A DNA stretch of 64,000 nt, from positions 171,743-235,742 of the forward strand of contig JAWLHY010000014.1 in the NCBI GenBank assembly GCA_041690135.1, written 5' to 3'. The notes beneath the pieces are model-generated. The model made no database searches, was not told the DNA's origin, and saw nothing but the letters and a program-made list of their open reading frames with translations. The position numbers were made by a program, and so were the translations under genes. Below, piece by piece: positions 1 to 9,712 of this stretch (within the stretch, counting starts at the first letter, position 1; the number at the start of each line of letters is the position of its first letter). Source of the DNA: Armatimonadota bacterium. Its GTDB lineage: Bacteria > Armatimonadota > SYMT01.

Positions 1-3000
1 CTCACGGAGGGGATGACCTTCTACGCCACCGCGGGAGACGGCGTTTCGGACCGCGGTATCGTGGAAGTGGTCGATCCGGCGGCCGTGGTGGGCGCGAAGC
101 TCACGCTCACCTACCCCGCCTACATGGATAAGCCCGCCGCCACCCTGGCCGCGGACTCCGGCGGCGTGGCGGCTCCCGTGGGCACCGTGGTGCGCCTGGA
201 GTTGAAGGCGAACAAGCCTCTGGAGCAGGCGGAAGCCACCGTAATGGCGGAAAAGCCCGGTCCGTGGCAGGTGAAGGGCGACACGATCTCCGGGCAACTG
301 GTGGTCCGGAAAGACGGCCAGTACAGCCTGAAGCTCAAGGACCAGGACGGCTTCTACTCCCCCGAGATTCAGACCTTCCCGATCAAGGCGATCCAGGACC
401 AGACCCCGGAAGTCCACCTCCGCGACCCCGCCGGGGACCTCGAGGTGGTGCCGGATGCCCGGGTCCGCCTCTCGATCCTGGCGAAGGACGATTACGGCAT
501 CGCGCAGGTTCGGGTGCCCTACGAGGCCTCCCGCCGCAAGCCGGCGACTCTTCCGGCCGGTTCCGGGGGGAAGAAGGACCGGGTCCTGGAGTTGGAAAGC
601 CTCTGGGAACTGGCCGCGATGAAGTTGAAGCCGGGCGACACCGTCACCTACCGGATTGAGGCGCTCGATCACGACAACATTTCCGGCCCCCACGTCGGCC
701 GGACACCCGAATACCACCTGCGCGTCATCGATCATGCGGAAGCCGAGCGCCGGTATGCGGAGCAGCGCGCCCAGATCCTTCTGGAGTTGAACGCGCTCAT
801 CCAGGAGCAGAAGGCAGCCCGCTCGGACGTGGAGAGCCAGCGCTCCGCCGCCCGCCCCAACGCGGATAAGATCGGCAGCGCCGAGGAGCGCCAGCGCGCG
901 ACCGCCGTCACCAGCTCCGACCTCGCCCGGCGCGTGGCCGAGCTGAACCGGATGGCCGAGACCAATAACCTGGCCGACAAGCCGGACCTCGAGTCGCAGC
1001 AGCAGGCGCAGAAGAGCCTGAACAATCTGTCGCAGCAGGCGATGCCCCAGGCCGCGAACCGGATCGGCAGCGCGCAGGCCCAGGCCGAGTCCAGCCCGCA
1101 GAACGCGAAGTCCGAGCTCGGTCAGGCCTCGCAGCAGCAGCAGGAGATCCTGAAGGAGCTGAGCCGGGTCGCCGAGATGATGAAGCCGGGCAGCGAGCTG
1201 AAGCGACTCGCGGAGCGGATCGATCGGCTGGCCCGCCAGCAGCGGAACCTCCAGGCCCAGACCGACAAGCTCCTGCCGGATACGCTGGGGAAGGGCATGG
1301 AAGAGCTGACACAGCAGCAGCGCAACCAGCTCCAGCAGCTTTCCCAACAGCAGCAGAACCTGCAGAAGGCTACCGCCCAGGCGGTGCAGGATCTGGAAAA
1401 GGCGGGGCAGTCGATGCAGAGCCGCAGCCCCGAGCAAGGGGATGCCGCCCGGCAGGCCGCGCAGGACCTCCAGCAGGGGCAGGTGACCGAGCAGCAGTCG
1501 CAGGCCGCGCAGAACGCGCAGCAGAACTCGCTGGGGCAGGCGCGCAGCCAGCAGGAGAACGCGGCCCAGCAGCTCGAGAACGCGGCCCAGCAGCTCCGGG
1601 ATGCGATGAACCCGAACGACCCGCGCAACGCGCAGCGGCTCCTCCGGCAGGCGATGAACCGCCTGAACCGGATGATGCAGCAGCAGGGCGAGGCGATCAA
1701 GCAGACACAGGGCGCGATGTCGCAGCAGCAGCGCCAGGAAGTCGCGGAGCAGCAAAAGGAACTCCAGAAGCAGGCTCAGGAGTTGGCTCGCCAGTTGGAG
1801 CGGCTGCAGCGCCGCACGCCTTCCGCCGGAAAGGCCTCGCAGCAGTTGCAGCAGGCCCAGCAGAAGCTGGGGCAATCCAGCCAGTCGCTCTCGCAGCAGA
1901 GCCAGAGCCAGCAGCAGAGCCAGGCCCAGCAGCAGCAGGCGCTCCAGCAGGAGAACCAGGCCCTCCAGGCCATGCAGCGGGCCATGCAGAGCCTTCAGCA
2001 GGCGATGGCCGAGGCCCAGAAGAACGACGACCCGTTTGCCGAGCTGCGGAAGAACCTGGACCGCTTGGCCACCCGGCAGAAGGCGATCCAGCAGGCCACC
2101 CGCCGGATCGACATGGACCAGAAGCGCCAGGGTTCGCGCCCGGAAGACCAGGAAGAACTGGAGCGCCTGTCGCAGCAGCAGGCCGAAGTCGAGTCCGAGG
2201 CTGCGAAGCTGGAGCCCGAGCTTCCTGGCGACGTGTTCAAGAACTTCTCACAGCAGGCCCGCGGCGCCATGTCCCGCTCGAAGAACGCCCTCGCCGAGGC
2301 GAACCCGAAGCAGAACCCGACCCAGCAGGCCCAGCAGCGCGCGCTCACCATCCTGGATCAGCTCAAAAAGGCGCTCGATCCCAATCCGGATGATAACAGC
2401 AAAGCAGAGGGTGGCGGCGGCGGTGGCGGCGGTGGCGGTGGGGGCGGCGGCTCCGACCCCGAACTGCAGAAGCGCCTGGCCGAGATCCGCCTCCTGCGGT
2501 ACCTCCAGCAGGGGATCCGCTCGCAGACCCAGGACGTGGACGACAACCGCAGCAGCGACGAGGAGCTGACCGACGCGCAGAAGAGCCAGATCGAGGAGAC
2601 CGCTCGCCAGCAGGCCTCGGCCAAGGCTCTCGCGGAGAAGGTGGCGAAGGCGCTCGCTCGCAACCGGCAACTGGCGGATAAGGTCAACTCCGCCAGCAAG
2701 TCGATGTCCGAAGCCCAGCGCGGCCTGGACCGGATGCAGACCGGTGAGCCGGTGCAGGAGCAGGAAAGCCAGGCGATCGTCCGCCTGACCGAAGCCCTCA
2801 AGCTGGCGCAGCGGCAGCAGCAGCAGCAACAGCAGCAGCAACAGCAGCAACAGCAGCAACAACAGCAACAGCAGCAGCAGGCCAACGGTCAGCAGCAGCA
2901 GCCTTCGGGCGGTCAGCAGCAGCAGGGGAATGCTCCGGCACTGCGGTCGGTGGCGCGGCGCGCCGGCCGGCAGGACGGTCCGCTGGCCGGCATCGGCGAC

Positions 3001-3132
3001 GGCCGTGGCTTCGGCAACCTCGATCCCCGCTCGCAGGATGCCCTCCGCCAGGGCTACAAGGAAAAGGTCCCCGCGGAATACCAGGACCTCATCCAGCGCT
3101 ACTACCGGGGCCTCTCCTCACAGGGACGTTAG
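1..3132 (+). CDS. Large Gln-rich coiled-coil protein (DUF4175-like), 5'-truncated by window edge
   Basis: 1039-aa ORF open from the window start. N-terminal Ig-like segments (DQTPEV, DDYGI, GDTVTYRIEALD), long Q/A/E coiled coil, poly-G and poly-Q tracts, and a C-terminal VPAEYQDLIQRYY motif typical of these MoxR-cluster proteins. Confidence 0.75.
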   Translation, partial: LTEGMTFYATAGDGVSDRGIVEVVDPAAVVGAKLTLTYPAYMDKPAATLAADSGGVAAPVGTVVRLELKANKPLEQAEATVMAEKPGPWQVKGDTISGQLVVRKDGQYSLKLKDQDGFYSPEIQTFPIKAIQDQTPEVHLRDPAGDLEVVPDARVRLSILAKDDYGIAQVRVPYEASRRKPATLPAGSGGKKDRVLELESLWELAAMKLKPGDTVTYRIEALDHDNISGPHVGRTPEYHLRVIDHAEAERRYAEQRAQILLELNALIQEQKAARSDVESQRSAARPNADKIGSAEERQRATAVTSSDLARRVAELNRMAETNNLADKPDLESQQQAQKSLNNLSQQAMPQAANRIGSAQAQAESSPQNAKSELGQASQQQQEILKELSRVAEMMKPGSELKRLAERIDRLARQQRNLQAQTDKLLPDTLGKGMEELTQQQRNQLQQLSQQQQNLQKATAQAVQDLEKAGQSMQSRSPEQGDAARQAAQDLQQGQVTEQQSQAAQNAQQNSLGQARSQQENAAQQLENAAQQLRDAMNPNDPRNAQRLLRQAMNRLNRMMQQQGEAIKQTQGAMSQQQRQEVAEQQKELQKQAQELARQLERLQRRTPSAGKASQQLQQAQQKLGQSSQSLSQQSQSQQQSQAQQQQALQQENQALQAMQRAMQSLQQAMAEAQKNDDPFAELRKNLDRLATRQKAIQQATRRIDMDQKRQGSRPEDQEELERLSQQQAEVESEAAKLEPELPGDVFKNFSQQARGAMSRSKNALAEANPKQNPTQQAQQRALTILDQLKKALDPNPDDNSKAEGGGGGGGGGGGGGGSDPELQKRLAEIRLLRYLQQGIRSQTQDVDDNRSSDEELTDAQKSQIEETARQQASAKALAEKVAKALARNRQLADKVNSASKSMSEAQRGLDRMQTGEPVQEQESQAIVRLTEALKLAQRQQQQQQQQQQQQQQQQQQQQQQANGQQQQPSGGQQQQGNAPALRSVARRAGRQDGPLAGIGDGRGFGNLDPRSQDALRQGYKEKVPAEYQDLIQRYYRGLSSQGR
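2815..2925 (+). repeat. CAG/CAA trinucleotide repeat encoding poly-Gln
   Basis: About 22 consecutive Gln codons, followed by two QQQQ blocks. Confidence 0.95.
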
Positions 3133-3282
3133 TGGGAGTAAGTTTACTCGTATGAAAGTAGGGAAGTGTGGGGGAACCTGTCCCGCGCTTCGCTGTGCCT
3201 CGCCCTCCCTACTCCACCACTCCCACACCCCCATCCTTCACCAATCCTAAACCCCTTTAGCCACTGACTGGATAACTAGCCG

Positions 3283-4407
3283 ATGCGCCGTAAGCCGAAG
3301 GTAATGATGAACTTGATGGTCGCCGTTCTTGGCGTTCTTGGCGTCCTGGCGGTAACGATCAGCCCTCCCCAGGCCTCGGCTCAGAAAAAGAAGGCCTCCG
3401 CCCGCAAGTCCGGGACCCTCTCCGGCACCGGGTTCACCCTGCAGGAACGCAACGGCGGTCTGGAGCAGGAAGCACGGGAATACCTTGGCAACGCCAAGAC
3501 CGAAGCGGCGGTGAAGAAGGCGCTGAAGTACCTCGCCACCACGCAGAACGCGGACGGCTCCTGGGGCGGCGGGGGATACAGCTCGGACGTGGGGATCGTG
3601 GGGCTCTGCTCCCTGGCGTTCATGTCCGCCGGGCACCAGCCGGACCGCGGCCCTTATGGCCAGGTATTGCGTCGCGCGGCCGATTACATCGCCAAGCACA
3701 GCCAGCGGACGGGTCTCATCTATAACCCGCAGGCTGCCGCCGGTCCCCCCATGTACGGGCATGGTTTCGCTACCCTGGCCCTGGCCGAGCTGTACGGCAT
3801 GACCCGCCGGGTTGATCTCCGCGACAAGCTGGAGGCGGCGGTGGCGCTCATCATCCGCACGCAGAACTCGGAAGGCGGTTGGCGGTACCAGCCGCGGGTG
3901 GCCGATGCCGACATCAGCGTCGTGATCTGCCAGATCATGGCTCTCCGCGCCGCCGCGAACGCCGGGGTGCCGGTACCCCGCGACACCACCGCGCGCGCCA
4001 TCGACTACGTGAAGCGCTGCTCCAACAACTCAGACGGCGGCTTCAGCTACATGGCGGGCCAGACCGGCTCCGGCCAGGCACGGACCGGCGCGGGCGTCCT
4101 CTCGCTCATCGTGATGGGCGAGCGCGGCTCGACGGAGTGCAAGCGCGGCCTCGAGTACCTGATGAACAAGCCGCCGGGGACCCGGGACGGCCACGTGTTC
4201 TACGCCCTCTACTATTGCACCCAGGCCATGTACCAGGCCGGCGGCAAATACTGGACCTACTGGTACCCCAAGGCGGCGGACTACCTGCTCTCTACGCAGC
4301 GCTCCGATGGCTCCTGGTACGACGGCCCCGGCTATGCCTACGCCACCGCCATGGGCACCCTGGCCCTCCAGGTCCCGGCCGCCCTCCTGCCGATTTATCA
4401 GAAGTAA
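3283..4407 (+). CDS. Prenyltransferase/squalene oxidase repeat (alpha/alpha barrel) protein, secreted
   Basis: Repeated QW-type motifs QNADGSW, QNSEGGW, SDGGFSY, QRSDGSW. MYGHGFATLALAE motif. N-terminal signal-like segment. Confidence 0.85.
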   Translation: MRRKPKVMMNLMVAVLGVLGVLAVTISPPQASAQKKKASARKSGTLSGTGFTLQERNGGLEQEAREYLGNAKTEAAVKKALKYLATTQNADGSWGGGGYSSDVGIVGLCSLAFMSAGHQPDRGPYGQVLRRAADYIAKHSQRTGLIYNPQAAAGPPMYGHGFATLALAELYGMTRRVDLRDKLEAAVALIIRTQNSEGGWRYQPRVADADISVVICQIMALRAAANAGVPVPRDTTARAIDYVKRCSNNSDGGFSYMAGQTGSGQARTGAGVLSLIVMGERGSTECKRGLEYLMNKPPGTRDGHVFYALYYCTQAMYQAGGKYWTYWYPKAADYLLSTQRSDGSWYDGPGYAYATAMGTLALQVPAALLPIYQK

Positions 4408-4534
4408 AGGTTGCGGGTCTCCGGGCGGAGGTTGAAGAACCGGCTAGGTGGGGATGTCAATGAAGAGGGAAACTCGTTGTAGAGGTTCCGTGGAATAGAT
4501 CTTTAGAAGTAACTGGTCGCGTGCGTGGTACGCC

Positions 4535-4588
4535 AGCCGACGTAGGTCGGCTTCGCTGTTTGTAGGCGCGAGTTTACTCGCCCAGCCG
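4535..4588 (+). repeat. Two-hairpin ~50-bp REP-like repeat (family B)
   Basis: agccgacgtaggtcggcttcgctgtttgtaggcgcgagtttactcgcccagccg. Related copies at 29099-29152, 31918-31965 (inverted), 32055-32101 and 32305-32371. Confidence 0.75.
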
Positions 4589-4649
4589 CACTGCTCGAGT
4601 GCGGTTTACCGTTCAACCTTCATAAACCGCCGGATGGGAGCTACGCGAT

Positions 4650-5825
4650 TTGATGCCCTCGATTAGCAAGAGCTTATGGATAGGACCTCTGGCGTTGCTG
4701 GGCGCCATTGTCCTCACCAATCCCGCCCATGCAGTTCAGGCTACTGTCACCCTGGCCGACGGCCGTACGTTCGAAAAGGCGAAGCTCCTCCCCGGCGCCG
4801 CGCCGGAACAGGTCCAGTTGGAACCGGCGGGGAAGCCGGCCGTCACCGTGGGCATCCGTGACCTGCTGAGCATTGACTTCGGCCGCGTTCCGGCCCGTCC
4901 GCAATTGCCCACCCTGCAACTGGCCAACGGCGACCGCGTTTACGGCAAGCTCTCCTTTCCCGCCGCGCGCCAGGTGCAGGTGGCCGCGGGCTGGGGGGTA
5001 CTGACCGCGCCGTTGCCCTGGTGCTCCACCATCCGGATCAAGGAGACCGCCGAAGCCCCCGCCGGGGTCGCCAAGGACACGCTGGTCCTGGAGAAAGACC
5101 GCGTCCAGGGCGAGGTCCAGAGCTTCAAGGCCGGAAAGGTGACTGTTGACGTGGGCGGCACCCTGGTGCCCGTGGACCTGGCGCGCGTGCAGGCGATTGG
5201 CCTGGCCACGCGCCAGCAGCCGTCGGCGGACCGGGTCGGGCTTCGGCTGGGGCTGGACCTCGGTGGGGGAGAGCGCCTCAGCGGCCGATGGGTGAAAATG
5301 ACGCCGGACGTGCTCACGGTGCAACTCGACTGGGGGGCCAACCTCGACCTGCCGCTGGCCTCACTCTCTCGCCTGGACGTGAAGAACGGCAAGGTGATCT
5401 ACCTCTCCGACCTCACTCCCGCGGAGGCGAAGCACACGCCCTATATCGACGGCGCCTACCCGCTGCAGGTCGATCGGTCCGTCTCCGGCCGCCCGATCCG
5501 CCTGGGTGGCAAGTCGTTCCGCCGCGGCCTGGGCGTGCATAGCCACTCCGAGCTGGTTTACGGCCTGGACGGCGGCTATCAGTTCTTCACCGCCACCCTC
5601 GGTCTCGATGATGCCGTGGGTGCCCAGGGGAGCGTTGTCTACCGCGTCTACGGCGACGACAAGCTGCTCTTCGAGAGCCCCGTCATTCGCGGTGGCGACA
5701 CCCCGGCCGAGATCAAGGTACCGATCAAGGGCGTACTGCTGCTCCGCCTGGAAGTCGACTATGCCGACAACGGCGACGCCGCCGACCACGCCAACTGGGC
5801 CGAAGCCCGCCTCCTCCGGGATTGA
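4650..5825 (+). CDS. Secreted NPCBM/NEW2 domain protein
   Basis: C-terminal YLSDL...GLGVHSHSELVYGLDG...GLDD...DHANWAEARL matches the NPCBM/NEW2 carbohydrate-binding module. Signal peptide present. Confidence 0.85.
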   Translation: MMPSISKSLWIGPLALLGAIVLTNPAHAVQATVTLADGRTFEKAKLLPGAAPEQVQLEPAGKPAVTVGIRDLLSIDFGRVPARPQLPTLQLANGDRVYGKLSFPAARQVQVAAGWGVLTAPLPWCSTIRIKETAEAPAGVAKDTLVLEKDRVQGEVQSFKAGKVTVDVGGTLVPVDLARVQAIGLATRQQPSADRVGLRLGLDLGGGERLSGRWVKMTPDVLTVQLDWGANLDLPLASLSRLDVKNGKVIYLSDLTPAEAKHTPYIDGAYPLQVDRSVSGRPIRLGGKSFRRGLGVHSHSELVYGLDGGYQFFTATLGLDDAVGAQGSVVYRVYGDDKLLFESPVIRGGDTPAEIKVPIKGVLLLRLEVDYADNGDAADHANWAEARLLRD

Positions 5826-5831
5826 TCCAGA

Positions 5832-5983
5832 GGAGCGCGGACGTCCCGTCCGCCGGTGCAGCAAATAGCATCCGCGAAGCATTCGGCTGGCGGTACGGAG
5901 CGCGGACGTCCCGTCCGCCAGTGGCGCGAAAGAAGAACCGAGAGGTTGTAGCGAAGCGGTACGGAGCGGACGTCCCGTCCACC
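5832..5983 (+). repeat. Three GGAG-type REP sequences upstream of RAYT
   Basis: ggagcgcggacgtcccgtccgcc at 5832 and 5897, variant at 5963. Each is GGAG plus an imperfect palindrome. Confidence 0.85.
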
Positions 5984-5996
5984 GGGGGATCAAGCG

Positions 5997-6605
5997 CTGT
6001 CCGACCTTCATAAAGTCAAAGGCTGGCACTCGCGCGGTTATCTCCCGCATTTTGATGCAGGCAGCGTGCCGCAGTTCGTGACTTTTCGCCTGGCCGACTC
6101 GCTGCCGGCTGAGAAGCTCCTTCAATGGAGGCAAGAGCTACCGCACCTGCCGCGCGATGAGAAGGAAGTTGAATACCAACGCAGGATCGAAGAGTATCTC
6201 GACCGGGGAGAGGGGGAAGTCTGGCTAAGCGTCCTCGAAATCGCCGTGGGGGTGCAGAACGCCTTTCTGCACCCCCACGGAGAACGCTATGAGTTGCATG
6301 CCTGGGTGGTGATGCCAAACCACATGCACGCGCTTTTCACTCCCTCGGAGGGCCAAAGCCTCTCTGCCATTCTCCACTCTTGGAAATCGTTCACCTCGAA
6401 AATGGGAAACCGAATTCTCGGACGACGGGGCGACTTTTGGCAGGAAGACTACTTCGATCGCTTCACCCGGAATGCGGAAGACTTCGAACGGTTCCGGTAC
6501 TATTACTATATCGAGACGAACCCCGTGACCGCCGGTTTCTGTACTGAGCCGGAGGAATGGCCGTATTCGAGTGCGGGCCGGCGGGCAAGAACGGAGGAGT
6601 TTTGA
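5997..6605 (+). mobile_element. REP-associated tyrosine transposase (RAYT, Y1/HUH)
   Basis: GWHSRGYLPHFD (in frame upstream of the called GTG at 6066), FVTFRLADSLP, HUH motif MPNHMH, WKSFT, FWQEDYFDR, YIETNP. Flanked by inverted REPs. Confidence 0.9.
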
Positions 6606-6606
6606 G

Positions 6607-7443
6607 ATGATCGAAACGAAGTCACCGGCGGGCGGGACGCCCGCGCTCCGGGATGCGCCCGCGCTCTGGCCTACGCTCCGTCGGCGACGATGGTCGGCAC
6701 TTCTACTGGCTGCGGGATCGGCATGGGCAATGAACGGATTACAGGCGGGCGAGACGCCCGCGCTCCTTGGCGCCGCCCTCCAGGCGCCCGACGCGCAGCC
6801 GGAGCTTCCGCCCGACGCCGTCAAGATCGGGGAAGACCTCTACCGGGTCGGCAAAGTGACGGTAGACCTGAAGGCAGGGACCGCCACCACCTCCGGTAAG
6901 ATCAACATGCGCCGGGGGATCGTGGAGTATCTCGCCGTTGCTCCCGGCGGCAAGACCCACGAGAGCCTGCTGACCGTGGACGTGCGGCCCCTGCATTACC
7001 AGGTCGCGCTCATTTTATTGGGGCTCGAACCCAAGGGCGGTCTCACCGTCCAGGGCGATGAAAAGCCGCCGAAGGGCTCTCCCGTCCAGCTCTACGTGAG
7101 CTGGAAGCGAGGCGACCGGAACGTCAAGGTGCGGGCCGAGGAGCTGGTCTGGAACATCGATCGGAAGGCGCCGATGGAGCAGGGGGCCTGGATCTTCAGC
7201 GGCTCACTGGTGGACAAGCGCGGTTTCCTTGCCGATGAGGAGCTTTCCCTGGTCGCCACCTTCCGAGATCCGGCCGCCATCGTCAACAACGTCCTCCCGG
7301 CCGGTTCGGACGACACGGTCTACAAGGTCAACGAGCGGATCGTGCCTCCCATCGGCACCCCCGTCACCTTCACCGCCACCCCCCGCCCCGACGCGAAACC
7401 ACCGGCATCTCCGAAGCCGGAGCGGAGTGCATTCAACAGTTGA
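6607..7443 (+). CDS. YdjY-domain protein
   Basis: VEYLAV..GKTHESLL..ALILLGL, W-x-F-S-G-S and LVATF motifs of the YdjY family. ATG at 6607 is in frame with ORF 6571..7443. Confidence 0.7.
   Translation: MIETKSPAGGTPALRDAPALWPTLRRRRWSALLLAAGSAWAMNGLQAGETPALLGAALQAPDAQPELPPDAVKIGEDLYRVGKVTVDLKAGTATTSGKINMRRGIVEYLAVAPGGKTHESLLTVDVRPLHYQVALILLGLEPKGGLTVQGDEKPPKGSPVQLYVSWKRGDRNVKVRAEELVWNIDRKAPMEQGAWIFSGSLVDKRGFLADEELSLVATFRDPAAIVNNVLPAGSDDTVYKVNERIVPPIGTPVTFTATPRPDAKPPASPKPERSAFNS
6628..6766 (-). repeat. Two inverted GGAG-type REPs downstream of RAYT (inside next CDS)
   Basis: gcgggcgggacgcccgcgctcc (6628-6649) and gcgggcgagacgcccgcgctcc (6745-6766) are reverse-complement relatives of the upstream REPs. 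Confidence 0.85.
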
Positions 7444-8285
7444 TTCAGATGCAGCGCTTCTGGGACAACCCCGTCCTGCGCCACGCCGGGCGCCTCGGCG
7501 CGCGGGGCGCCCGTCCCTGGGTGATCTTCCTGCTCCTGGCCGGATCCGCATTGCTGGGAGCATTGCTGCAGAAGTACTGGATGGAGTTGGAGCTCTACAC
7601 GCTCCTGCGCCCGGAACGGCTGGTCCGCTGGCTGGCTCTTACTTTGCTGGCGGAAACAGTAGTGGCTCTTCCCTGGGCCGCCGTGCGGGGATCATTGTTG
7701 TGGCGCCGTCTCGCGGGGGAAGGTCACCTTGAAGAGTATCGTCGCAGCCGGCTCTCCCCCTTCTCCATCGCCCTCGGCGCGATCCTGGCGTCACTTTCGC
7801 CGGTACTGGTTTTGCTCGCCGTCTCGATGGGGGTATCCCTGATTGCAGGGATTACGGCCGGGGAGTTGACTTTCCCCTCGGTGGCGACGGTCCACGGCAT
7901 TCTCGGGGCACAGGCATTTGCCTTTGCGGTGTTAGGCTTGTGGCTGGCCGGGCGACTCCGGTATCCGGCGGCCGCGATTCCCACAGCGCTGGTCTTGCTC
8001 GCGTTCGCCGTTTGCGCGATCGCCCTCATCGATCCGTTCTTGCGTCGCCTGAACGAGCCCACCGCCTGGATCTACTGGGCGCTCCTGCCGAACCCGGTGA
8101 CGGCGGTGGGGGTCGCGTTGAACACGGACGTGCTTCGCTTTTCCTGGATTTACCAGAAGCTTCATGCCCACGAATACTTCTTCATGTATCCGCCCGTATG
8201 GCAGACCGTCGCCCTCTACCTGGGCGCCGGCGGCGTGCTGCTCCTCCGCCTGGTCCGCCGCATCGCCCGCTGGGAGTCCCCATAA
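7440..8285 (+). CDS. Integral membrane protein, ABC-2 permease-like
   Basis: About 6 TM helices. NPVL start and EGHLEEYRRSRLSP motif resemble the Planctomycete/Armatimonadete permease family. Confidence 0.6.
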   Translation: MIQMQRFWDNPVLRHAGRLGARGARPWVIFLLLAGSALLGALLQKYWMELELYTLLRPERLVRWLALTLLAETVVALPWAAVRGSLLWRRLAGEGHLEEYRRSRLSPFSIALGAILASLSPVLVLLAVSMGVSLIAGITAGELTFPSVATVHGILGAQAFAFAVLGLWLAGRLRYPAAAIPTALVLLAFAVCAIALIDPFLRRLNEPTAWIYWALLPNPVTAVGVALNTDVLRFSWIYQKLHAHEYFFMYPPVWQTVALYLGAGGVLLLRLVRRIARWESP

Positions 8286-8464
8286 CGAACGGGTATCCCC
8301 TGCGTCTTAGAAGATACCCGGAGAAGGCAGTGCCCATTCTCAACCATCCCCCCACAACCTCCACCCCCGTCGCATGCGTCCTACGGAACTAAAGGACCTG
8401 CGCGCCCCGGAGATGAAGGTTAGAGGGTGAGGCCCCGTCCTTGTGCAGAATTGAGGAGATCGTA

Positions 8465-9676
8465 ATGAACCGTCAGCCAGCGCGAGAGATGACGAACACC
8501 GAGGACCGGCAGAAGGCCAGTGTGCTTCGACCGGGTTACTGGCTGGGCGCGTCCTTGATTGGCGCTGCTCTGGTGGGCGTGTCTTTGCCGGGAACGGCGG
8601 CCCCGGCGCGGAAGGCTGCCCCGAAAGCAAGGGCGGTCGCGAAGCCGGCCCCGTCCGCCGCGGCGAAGCAGGTCAGCGCCTCGGTGCAGAAGGGCCTGGC
8701 TTACCTCCGCAAGAGCCAGCAGCCGGACGGATCCTGGCAGCGTTATCCCGGTATCACCGCTATTTGCACGCTGGGCTTCATCCGCAACGGCGTTACGGAG
8801 AAGGACCCGGCGGTCGCGAAGGCATGTGCTTACCTGGCCTCGCTGGCCAAGCCGAACGGGGCGATCTACACGGACCAGTTCGGCCCCGGTCAGGCGCTTC
8901 CGAATTACAACACGGCCCTCGCCCTCTCGGCGCTCCACGCCACGCGCAACCCGAAGTACGCCCCGGTGATCCGCAAAGCCCAGGAGTTCCTCGCGGGATC
9001 ACAGTACGACGAGGGGGAAGGGTTCAAGCCCACGGACCGCCAGTACGGCGGCATCGGTTACGGCTCGAAGCAGGATAACCCGGATGTCTCCAACCTGCAG
9101 AATGCCCTGGAGGCGCTGAAGGAGTCTGGTTACCCCAAGAACGCCGCGGTCTTCAAGAAGGCCCTTATCTTCCTGCAGCGCTGCCAGAACCGGAATGAGA
9201 GCAACGACCAGTCCTGGGCGGGGACCGACGGCGGATTCGTCTACGCCTCGAGCGGGGAGAGCAAGGCGGAGGAATATACGAAGAGCCCGCACAGCTCTTA
9301 CGGCAGCATGACGTATGCCGGGCTCAAGAGCTATCTCTATTGCAACGTCACCCGGACCGACCCGCGCGTCCAGGCGGCCTGGAGCTGGCTGCGCGCCAAC
9401 TACGACGTGGAGCAGAACCCGCGGATGGGGACCGACGGCCTGTACTACTACTACCACACGATGTCCAAGACGCTCGCCGTCCTCGAGGACAAGGTGGTAA
9501 CGGACACGAAGGGGAAGAAGCACGTGTGGGGGCCGGACCTGGCGCGCGCCATCACCGCCCGCCAGAGCCCGGACGGGTCCTGGAAAAATCAGAACCCCCG
9601 CTGGTGGGAAGACCGGCCGGAACTGGCCACCGGCTACGCCCTGATCTCCCTGGCGAACTGCCGACAGGGCCTCTGA
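8465..9676 (+). CDS. Prenyltransferase/squalene oxidase repeat protein (second paralog)
   Basis: QQPDGSW, YGGIGYG, DVSN, DGGFVY, SYGSMTYAGLKSYLY, QSPDGSW. RBS GAGGAG before ATG 8465. Confidence 0.85.
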   Translation: MNRQPAREMTNTEDRQKASVLRPGYWLGASLIGAALVGVSLPGTAAPARKAAPKARAVAKPAPSAAAKQVSASVQKGLAYLRKSQQPDGSWQRYPGITAICTLGFIRNGVTEKDPAVAKACAYLASLAKPNGAIYTDQFGPGQALPNYNTALALSALHATRNPKYAPVIRKAQEFLAGSQYDEGEGFKPTDRQYGGIGYGSKQDNPDVSNLQNALEALKESGYPKNAAVFKKALIFLQRCQNRNESNDQSWAGTDGGFVYASSGESKAEEYTKSPHSSYGSMTYAGLKSYLYCNVTRTDPRVQAAWSWLRANYDVEQNPRMGTDGLYYYYHTMSKTLAVLEDKVVTDTKGKKHVWGPDLARAITARQSPDGSWKNQNPRWWEDRPELATGYALISLANCRQGL

Positions 9677-9712
9677 CACTAACACCGTATTCCTGGAGGA
9701 TAGGAGCTTAAC

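Noticed and set aside
3283-9676. Hopanoid/terpene biosynthetic cluster
   Set aside because: Single-barrel secreted proteins without the DxDD catalytic motif, and no isoprenoid pathway genes.
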